64,000 bases of DNA. It comes from an uncultured virus (IMG/VR IMGVR_UViG_3300015607_000776). Lineage: Duplodnaviria > Heunggongvirae > Uroviricota > Caudoviricetes. The DNA is taken from the IMG/VR virus record IMGVR_UViG_3300015607_000776; one strand, written 5' to 3'. Each line of letters opens with the position of its first letter. Position 1 is the stretch's first letter. The notes under the pieces are model-generated. The model was given only the letters and a program-made list of their open reading frames with translations. It had not been told where the DNA came from and made no database searches. Both the position numbers and the translations under genes were made by a program. Shown piece after piece: positions 17,142 through 24,308 of the stretch.

Positions 17142-17231
17142 TGGTGCCCCGTGAAGGAATCGAACCATTTCGCTACCACCCATCTTTATTATAAGCAAAC
17201 GTTTTACAGACGCCCGACGGGAACACGAGGC
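17142..17231 (-). tRNA. tRNA-Tyr(GUA), D-arm-less atypical fold
   Basis: Acceptor, loop CTGTAAA, T-loop and CCA present; no D hairpin. Confidence 0.7.
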
Positions 17232-17232
17232 A

Positions 17233-17502
17233 TTATCTTATAAACAATTGTAATTCTATTTTATGGAGCCTAAGTTTTTCTCTTTCTTCTAGATCATAAA
17301 CACGATAAAAAAAAGAATCAGCCTGGGGTAAATAACCACTATATTTAAAAACAATGGACCTAAGATTACCAGCAATAGTAATATATTCCGGAGGTACAGT
17401 ATTTTGAGTATCAAGAGATACCATTTTTTTATCCAAATAGATTCTGTGCATATCCTTTTTATACACACAATCTTTGAATGAGAATGAAAAACTAAATGCC
17501 AT
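17233..17502 (-). CDS. Hypothetical protein (paralog family)
   Basis: PEYITIAGNLRSIVFKY. Confidence 0.55.
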   Translation of the reverse strand: MAFSFSFSFKDCVYKKDMHRIYLDKKMVSLDTQNTVPPEYITIAGNLRSIVFKYSGYLPQADSFFYRVYDLEEREKLRLHKIELQLFIR

Positions 17503-17513
17503 AATTTCACCTA

Positions 17514-17670
17514 AGACAATCTTCGGTTATTATCANNNNNNNNNNNNNNNNNNNNNNNNNNNNNNNNNNNNNNNNNNNNNNNNNNNNNNNNNNNNNNNNN
17601 NNNNNNNNNNNNNNNNNNNNNNNNNNNNNNNNNNNNNNNNNNNNNNNNTGATAATAACCGAAGATTGTCT
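17514..17670. repeat. 22-bp perfect inverted repeat flanking a 113-N gap
   Basis: agacaatcttcggttattatca-N113-tgataataaccgaagattgtct. Confidence 0.9.
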
Positions 17671-17675
17671 AAATT

Positions 17676-17752
17676 TGGTCCGGCTGACGGGAGTCAAACC
17701 CGCGAAGTCCGAGAGTGAAAGTCTCGTACCCTTATCACCAGGCGACAGCCGG
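17676..17752 (-). tRNA. tRNA-Glu(UUC)
   Basis: Loop CTTTCAC; CCA. Confidence 0.85.
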
Positions 17753-17764
17753 AAAATTAAATAG

Positions 17765-18648
17765 AAAAGGCTGAGATTACACCTCTTTGCATTCGGACTT
17801 TGAGCATTATAGCATCCCTTGCGAGGAGCCTTCTCTCGTTGTCCACTATCTGCCTTTCGGTCAAATAGTATCCGAACAATATCGCAGTTTAAAGTCATGC
17901 ATTAGACTTGACATTGTGTGATATTCTGCACTCTCTATCCCGTCAGTCTTGCGGACTGTTAAGCCTTGCGGGCCACGAAACTTTAAATACAAACAGATTT
18001 CACCTTGCGAGTTACGTCTGACTTGATTACCTTACGGCTCAAGTATTAGATATTTTTCACACACAACCGAGGCAGTCTTTACGTTTTTGACCTAAAAGGT
18101 TGGAATTGAACCAACAACCGTCTGCGTAAAATGCAGATGCTCTACCATTGAGCAACTTCTAACCTACTGCGATGTGCTGCCTCTGTTGCTGAATAATCTT
18201 TTGGATTACCCAATACAACACACCACGTACCTTTGGACTTGCGGTCTACTCAGTCATATTTCACGAGAAATGTCCTATTGTCCATTCCCCATTAATATTG
18301 CACTAAAGCCCTTGGATGCAACTCCTCGGACAATAATACTACCCTTTCTTGTACCAATTGACAAGTTGGTTTCATAGTGAAGTCAGCACCACCTGTTACT
18401 TTCCATCGACTTGCGTTTCCCTTTCGGGCGCTTAAATCAACGTTCTTTCCACTACACTTGCGTTATTGTTAGAACCACCCGTTTTATGAATGATCCCTAC
18501 CTCACGGTAGCAAGCAGGCTTGTATAGACGAACTATTGCTAGTGGTGGTATGTAGGCATTCCACCTTTGGGCACCTCACGATGCTTATTCTAACCCATGC
18601 ACCCGAAGGCACATGAGTAAAGGACACTATACTGCCCTTGTTTAGTAT
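17765..18648 (-). ncRNA. Probable GOLLD large ncRNA (~880 nt)
   Basis: No credible ORF; many GNRA/UUCG hairpins; embedded tRNA; 3' TAATCTCAG; own promoter; inside phage tRNA array; family call from recall. Confidence 0.75.
18091..18162 (-). tRNA. tRNA-like domain (UUU anticodon) embedded in the large RNA
   Basis: Full cloverleaf; loop ATTTTAC; no CCA. Confidence 0.7.
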
Positions 18649-18654
18649 GTATGT

Positions 18655-18683
18655 AACTTAACACAACTCCTTTAAGAAGTCAA
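18655..18683 (-). promoter_or_regulatory. Sigma70-type promoter for the large ncRNA
   Basis: TTGACT-N17-TAAGTT. Confidence 0.6.
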
Positions 18684-18874
18684 CTAATTTTTTTTCATGT
18701 CTGGTATGTCTTTTTGCATACCCCAGCAAGAAAGTCTTCCTTCTTGCGTAAATAATCCTTCCTCTCCTCTTCGGACAGGTCCGAGAGTTTCCTAATCTTG
18801 AAATGATTAGGGTAACGAATAGAAGCTTGTTTTACTTTAAACCAAAAATCTTCTATTGACATTTTAATCCTATC

Positions 18875-19225
18875 TTACCAGTAATATTTTATTGGTTTTT
18901 TGCCGTCACGGAATACCGTATCGTCTGGATCAAGTTCGCCCTTCTTAATTTTGTGAAGAAGTTCGCGGTCGCTTGCTCGTCTAGGAACGGTAGAATAATC
19001 GTGGTTCCAATGAGAAGGCGACTTACTATAATCCAACCAGAAATAATCGTTAATATCCTTTTTACGGTGAGGATTATTTTTGACCCATTCTGCCTTTTCT
19101 TTGCAGTAAAGTTTCATACGGTATCCATATCTGCAAACGTAATCTGGATTTAGATCGTCTTCCCAAATCTCAGGAAGCCAATCAACTTTCTGGCCTTTGT
19201 TAGTACGTCGATATGTTCTAGACAA
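18875..19225 (-). CDS. Conserved basic phage protein (MSRTYRR family)
   Basis: PSHWN...R.R and YYW end; RBS GGAG. Confidence 0.7.
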   Translation of the reverse strand: MSRTYRRTNKGQKVDWLPEIWEDDLNPDYVCRYGYRMKLYCKEKAEWVKNNPHRKKDINDYFWLDYSKSPSHWNHDYSTVPRRASDRELLHKIKKGELDPDDTVFRDGKKPIKYYW

Positions 19226-19278
19226 TGTTGTGTCTCCCTATATTAGGTTTTACAACATGACTACCTCCTTTAAAAAAT

Positions 19279-19352
19279 TGGTTCCGGGACTAGGATTCGA
19301 ACCCAGATAGGCGGACCCAAAAGCCGCCGTCCTACCATTAGACGATCCCGGA
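19279..19352 (-). tRNA. tRNA-Gln(UUG)
   Basis: Loop TTTTGGG; CCA. Confidence 0.9.
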
Positions 19353-19365
19353 ATATTTCAAAATT

Positions 19366-19463
19366 TGGCGTCCGGTGGGGGATTCGAACCCTGGATAAAC
19401 CATTCTCTCCTTCGCTACTACGGGCCATGGACCCCCGTCTCGCAACACCATGTCAGACCGAAC
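19366..19463 (-). ncRNA. tRNA-like ncRNA (98 nt)
   Basis: 7-bp acceptor GTTCGGT/ACCGGAC, T-loop, GCCA; non-canonical interior. Confidence 0.65.
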
Positions 19464-19473
19464 AAAACTAAAT

Positions 19474-19556
19474 TGGCGACCCAGGCAGGACTCGAACCCG
19501 CATTTTCAGCTCCGATTACGATTAATAGGGTAGAAACCTAACTCGGCTACTGGGCC
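19474..19556 (-). tRNA. tRNA-Arg(UCU), D-arm-less atypical fold
   Basis: Loop TTTCTAC directly after TAGCCGAG; long variable region; CCA. Confidence 0.7.
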
Positions 19557-19654
19557 TTATCTATTTTAACTTAACCAGTAATAATCAATGACTGCACCAA
19601 TTATGAGAAGCACAACGGCAACCAAAATAGAAATAATAGCGCCTTCTATTTCAA

Positions 19655-19957
19655 TCACCACGATTCTGCACTAACAGGAACAAACTCAATAATCAAATTC
19701 AAATCGTCCAGATAGAAATATGCTTCTGCTGAAAGACCACCAGTTGAACGTGTTGATCTTTCTTGTTTCAAGATTGCTTCATCATAAACACCTTCGAGAA
19801 GACGTTTAGCTTCCTCATAAATTTCATCACACGTAGGAATATCAAACTTTGGTGCCCAAGTCCATCCCATGTACTTCATAATTTGATGCACCTGATACAC
19901 ATTAAAACGTGAAAGAACGTTCTTGATCAATTCATCTTTATCACTTATTCTTGCCAT
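19655..19957 (-). CDS. Hypothetical protein
   Basis: MKYMGWTW...STGG motif; RBS GAGG. Confidence 0.65.
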   Translation of the reverse strand: MARISDKDELIKNVLSRFNVYQVHQIMKYMGWTWAPKFDIPTCDEIYEEAKRLLEGVYDEAILKQERSTRSTGGLSAEAYFYLDDLNLIIEFVPVSAESW

Positions 19958-20041
19958 AACAAATCCTCAATAAAGAAAGTAATAATCGATTATCATTCCA
20001 ATGACATATATGCACAGAATGATTAAAAGTGTTTCTATCAT

Positions 20042-20599
20042 TTATATTTTACCTTTAGGATGCCATTCTTTCCAGGACAAACCCTTATTCCACGGAATTT
20101 TTCCTTTAGCACTTTCACTCATTTGTTTTTTGGTTTTAATGGAATGTTTTTTATTTTTAAATCCTCTAGGATTTTTATCACCTAATTTAGCCTTTGAAAT
20201 ACTTTCAGTATATTTTTTCCTAAATTCTTCATCATTTTTAAGTAACTCAGTTTTTCTTTTATTACCTAATTTAGAATACTTTACCATATCTATGCGTGAT
20301 GGATGGTGAGTCAAACCATTTCCATTAATGTATCCAAAACCACCTTTACCACCAGGACAAAGATTATAACTCATTTCATGCAAAGTTACAAGCTCTTTTT
20401 CCTTATTATTCATTTCATGTTCGGTTTGGAACACATGGAGAATTTCTTTCTGGAAATTATCTATACCATGTTTTGCAATTGCACGTTTTAAGATTTTACC
20501 AGACCCCATATAACCATCATTTAGGTCTTTAGTCTGGTGTTTTCCAATATAGAATTTTCCGTTAAGTTTATTGGTAATTTTATAAATTGTATAAAACAT
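20042..20599 (-). CDS. SegB-like GIY-YIG homing endonuclease
   Basis: TIYKITN..NGKFYIGKHQT, YMGSG, NUMOD3. Confidence 0.9.
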   Translation of the reverse strand: MFYTIYKITNKLNGKFYIGKHQTKDLNDGYMGSGKILKRAIAKHGIDNFQKEILHVFQTEHEMNNKEKELVTLHEMSYNLCPGGKGGFGYINGNGLTHHPSRIDMVKYSKLGNKRKTELLKNDEEFRKKYTESISKAKLGDKNPRGFKNKKHSIKTKKQMSESAKGKIPWNKGLSWKEWHPKGKI

Positions 20600-20607
20600 C
20601 TAAGATA

Positions 20608-20655
20608 CCCCGGAATTACAACAAGTCTTATCATTGCTTATTTATAATTCCGGAG
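20608..20655 (-). promoter_or_regulatory. Late promoter inside RBS-sequestering hairpin
   Basis: CCGGAATTA-TAAATA...TAATTCCGGGG. Confidence 0.7.
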
Positions 20656-20664
20656 TTCTCTATG

Positions 20665-20735
20665 CACGGGAGTAAGGAGTCGAACCCTATTCTTCGGTTT
20701 TGGAGACCGAGGCACAGCCGTTATACCACACCCGT
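20665..20735 (-). tRNA. tRNA-Trp(CCA), CCA tail not encoded
   Basis: Loop CTCCAAA. Confidence 0.85.
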
Positions 20736-20929
20736 ATAAAAAATTCATTCAGGTAATTTATTTAGTTCATATTCTATAACTTCTGCTTTATCAGAAGCAT
20801 ATTTTTCATTCAATGCATTTGCACGAGCATTTGCCGCTTCTTCAGTATCCCAAACAGAATCGGATCCTTCATAACCACCTATGTCATAAAATACGATAAC
20901 AACCCATACTTTCATAATAATCTCCTATT

Positions 20930-21004
20930 TGGTACCAGTGATCGGGATCGAACCGATCTAACTTGCCTTATGAGAGCAATGCCTACCCAGTCAGCCTCAC
21001 TGGT
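20930..21004 (-). tRNA. tRNA-CAU (elongator Met or Ile2)
   Basis: Loop CTCATAA; CCA. Confidence 0.85.
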
Positions 21005-21006
21005 AT

Positions 21007-21082
21007 TGGTCCCAGGTGATGGGATCGAACCATCTTCTCAGGATCCACAATCCTGGGTCTTAACCCGTTAAACGAACCTGGA
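21007..21082 (-). tRNA. tRNA-His(GUG) lacking G-1, with A73
   Basis: Loop TTGTGGA; A at -1 and 73. Confidence 0.9.
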
Positions 21083-21351
21083 TTATTCTGATTCTAGCAA
21101 ACCACTTTCATATAATTCATACCCAAACCATATCCATAGGAGATTATTTAGGGCATTTGTAATGAAAATTGGGATATAATATACAGTTTCCAAATAAATT
21201 CCCGCCGCATACATTGCGATTGAAACAAATTGGACGAAAATATATAGTATCGCAATCAAAGAAGTGTAGTATAACACCTTCCAAAACATTTGTCAAGCCT
21301 CTTTTTTAAACTGTATTTGTGTACTTACGCTTTTGACCGAAATTGACATGA

Positions 21352-21624
21352 TTATTCACCCGAGCACATAATTTCCCAAGAGGAAGGTTCTTCCTCATAC
21401 CAATCTTCCTCGTCCTCGAAAGGACAAACCGATTCCCAGCATTGAGTTTCCTCATTCCAGGAATAGTGCGACACCCACCAGGAAACAAGTTCCGGGACCG
21501 TATGTCGCAGCAAATGACGACCCTTGAAACCATATTGGTCCTCGTGGGCCGCACAACACATTTCCGCAAGTTCCTCCTGGGGAATATGCATCAAACGATC
21601 AACCATAGAATCAGTAGTAATCAT
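21352..21624 (-). CDS. Hypothetical acidic protein
   Basis: HEDQYGFKGR motif. Confidence 0.6.
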   Translation of the reverse strand: MITTDSMVDRLMHIPQEELAEMCCAAHEDQYGFKGRHLLRHTVPELVSWWVSHYSWNEETQCWESVCPFEDEEDWYEEEPSSWEIMCSGE

Positions 21625-22168
21625 GTCAAATAGTTCCCATTTTATTCACCATTACTTCGACTGATACAGTTAAACGTCAGAGGTCTAACTGTATCAATGG
21701 AAATAACTGGTTCATCTCCAGTTACTTTACCGACGAATTTCAAATTGCGGGGGAGTCGAACCACCCATATCTCGTTTCCATACGAGAATATCCGCCGCGG
21801 CTGTCCAATTTAAAACTCTTACGAGTTAAGAATTCAACTTACCTCCAAGTCGGTAATCAACACATACTCACCGAAGCATTTTATCGGGTAATATGCATTT
21901 GACGCTTGGTATGTTTTTTAAAGGCCTCGTCATTTTCAAATTTTAACACATATTCTATCATATAATTGAGCACAATAAAAGGTAACTGCAATTTCTCTTA
22001 CTCAAGGAGAAGTCCGAATTATCTGCAATTTAGCAGAATTGCAGATAACCCGTCAATTACCGTTTCGGAATATATCTGCTACTAATTCCGAATTCCATAT
22101 ATATATCGTTTATTCCTATTTACATAGCACGACCCTTTCCCGGTTCGAGGTTTCTACAATAGACTGAC

Positions 22169-22266
22169 ACATTAACATGAGGGGGGGCCCATGTCAAGCG
22201 GGAATCCATGTTATTTCCGAATAGCTGCTATGCGTGGAAGACATACCTATTGTTATGTTATAACAT
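22169..22266 (-). promoter_or_regulatory. Repeated early-promoter cassette, copy B (head of tRNA array)
   Basis: TTGACA-N17-TAATGT plus 76 bp similar to 14481-14556. Confidence 0.8.
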
Positions 22267-22366
22267 TACAGTTTTAAATGTGATCTGTGGAAAGACATTC
22301 TGTTTACTAAATATTTATCCAATAAATATTCAAAAATAATTTCAGGAAAGGAAAGAAGTTTTTAAA

Positions 22367-23254
22367 ATGACAGAATGGTTATATAATGGGGTAATATTTA
22401 CACCCCCCGATCCAAATCCCTATGAAGGATTTATATATTTAATTGAGAATAATCTAACTAGAAAAAAATATATAGGCAAAAAACATTTTTGGACAAGGAG
22501 AAAGAACAAATCTCACGGAAAAAAAATAACTAAAGAATCTGATTGGAAAGAATACTATTCTTCATCGGAAGAATTAATGGAAGAAGTTATAAAGCAAGGA
22601 AAAGAAAACTTTACTCGGACAATTTTGCACTTATGCATCTATAAAAAACAAATGACCTTTCTGGAACAGAAAGAACAATGGGATAGGAATGTATTACTAT
22701 CCGATGATTATTATAACACAAATATAGGTGGTAAATTTTTTGTTAGAGAAAGAAAAATTTATGAGGCTAAAGAAAAAGAAATAACTAGAAAAAATGATAA
22801 ATGGAGAAAAATTAAAAGCGAAAAAATGAAAGGTGAAAATAATATTGCTAAACGGGAAGATGTTAGAGCAAAAATAAGTGAAAAGAAAAAAGGTAAAAAT
22901 AATCACCAATTTGGAAAATCTATTTCCAAAGATCATAAAAATGCATTACGCAATTCCGTGTGCAAAAAAGTGACTGATGGAACTAAAATTTGGAATAGTC
23001 AAACAGAATACAGAATAGAGCATAGCACCAAAACAAACCGTGGTAAAAACGGGAAAAATCGCATTGAAATAGATAAAAAAATTTACAATTCACTAAAGGA
23101 AGCTTCCAATATATTATCATGTTCATCTTCAAACATTGTAAAAATGCTGAAAAGGGGAGAAGCTAAATATTTAGATTTTGAGGAAAGAATAGTGCCAATG
23201 TCATCATATGAATATAATAAAAGACTAACAAAAGGCAAAATACGAGAGATATAG
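22367..23254 (+). CDS. GIY-YIG endonuclease with NUMOD3-type extension
   Basis: GFIYLI.N..T.KKYIGKK, ESDW..YYSS; late promoter TACTAAATA near 22306. Confidence 0.9.
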   Translation: MTEWLYNGVIFTPPDPNPYEGFIYLIENNLTRKKYIGKKHFWTRRKNKSHGKKITKESDWKEYYSSSEELMEEVIKQGKENFTRTILHLCIYKKQMTFLEQKEQWDRNVLLSDDYYNTNIGGKFFVRERKIYEAKEKEITRKNDKWRKIKSEKMKGENNIAKREDVRAKISEKKKGKNNHQFGKSISKDHKNALRNSVCKKVTDGTKIWNSQTEYRIEHSTKTNRGKNGKNRIEIDKKIYNSLKEASNILSCSSSNIVKMLKRGEAKYLDFEERIVPMSSYEYNKRLTKGKIREI

Positions 23255-23259
23255 TTATA

Positions 23260-23418
23260 TCATTCTTCTTCGTCAGTATATTTGTTCACGTCATAAATTT
23301 CACATGAACAAAATGGACAAAACTTGGGGTACCCAGAGGTGAGGTCCAAGTCATAAAGTAACTTATAAGTGGATTCACACTCTGGGCATGTCTTCTTTTC
23401 TACTTCTTTATGTGACAC
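23260..23418 (-). CDS. Zn-ribbon protein (52 aa, GTG start inside upstream endonuclease gene)
   Basis: [16 protein letters not shown]...FCPFCS; RBS GGAGG. Confidence 0.75.
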   Translation of the reverse strand: MSHKEVEKKTCPECESTYKLLYDLDLTSGYPKFCPFCSCEIYDVNKYTDEEE

Positions 23419-24050
23419 ATCTTCCTCCCCAATTTCCAACCAAAAGGAATATGTTCATATTTAAAAATCATTTTAGTAATATACCCATTAGTTATCCATT
23501 TCTTACCAACATTAGCAATTTTAAGTTTATTTATATGATCAATTGATCTTGTCGGTTTTTTTCTTCCTTTTAAAGAGTCACTTATCCTTTTTTTTCTATC
23601 ATCAGACATAGATAATTTAGTTGATAAAGATATTTTTTCTTTTGTAAAATCAGATAAAGTCTTACCTAAGTTAATATTTTTTAATTTTTCTTTTGTATGC
23701 TGATTATGTTTTTTACCTAATCTTCCCATTCTTAATTTATTTTTTGTATGTTCACTAATGAATTTCCCTGAAGTTCCATCTCCTCCATCTGTCTTATTTC
23801 GTAAAATACCAGTTCCATCATCTTTTCTTCCATACCAGCGAATAAGGCGGCGCTCAATAGCTAATGCTCCAATATCTGTTAAATTGGATTCACAAATAAC
23901 AATTCTAGATTTATCTTTCGGTTTGTTAATGTCACCTTTATTTCTTTTTAAACATCTTTTATTTTTACCTTTTCCTATGTAATAGGGTGTTCCATCTTTC
24001 CGAAGATAGGCATAAACATAAAAACATAATTTTTCTACTTCTTTAGACAT
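23400..24050 (-). CDS. GIY-YIG homing endonuclease with NUMOD3 repeats
   Basis: [28 protein letters not shown]; flanked by 15-bp direct repeat. Confidence 0.9.
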   Translation of the reverse strand: MSKEVEKLCFYVYAYLRKDGTPYYIGKGKNKRCLKRNKGDINKPKDKSRIVICESNLTDIGALAIERRLIRWYGRKDDGTGILRNKTDGGDGTSGKFISEHTKNKLRMGRLGKKHNQHTKEKLKNINLGKTLSDFTKEKISLSTKLSMSDDRKKRISDSLKGRKKPTRSIDHINKLKIANVGKKWITNGYITKMIFKYEHIPFGWKLGRKMCHIKK

Positions 24051-24080
24051 AGTTTTCCTTTGTGTTAAAAGCTAACATGT

Positions 24081-24308
24081 CTATATAGTATCCTTCTGAT
24101 TTACAATTTCCGAAAATGACACATTCGTATTGACAGCAATGAAATTCAGATTTATGAACTCAATTACCTTTGTTGGTTTGAAGGATAAATCTGCATATAA
24201 TTTTTCTTCATCATGGTCCCAAATTATCTTAAGATCGGAAATTTTTCCTCTTTTCTTTGCCTCTATCAGATACTGGATATATTCCATTGCTTCATAAAAG
24301 TTGTTCAT
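24081..24308 (-). CDS. Small protein resembling tail-sheath (gp18) C-terminus
   Basis: KPTKVIEFINLNFIAVNTNVSFSEIV. Confidence 0.55.
   Translation of the reverse strand: MNNFYEAMEYIQYLIEAKKRGKISDLKIIWDHDEEKLYADLSFKPTKVIEFINLNFIAVNTNVSFSEIVNQKDTI

Noticed and set aside
17474..17898. ORFs crossing the N gap
   Set aside because: Artefacts of Ns that overlap tRNA-Glu and the large RNA.
19474..19556. Amber suppressor reading (CTA in the loop)
   Set aside because: The stem register puts TCT at positions 34-36.
9064..21082. Theta/HDV-like ribozymes after tRNAs
   Set aside because: No convincing nested double pseudoknot was seen at tRNA 3' ends by eye; a covariance-model scan would settle it.
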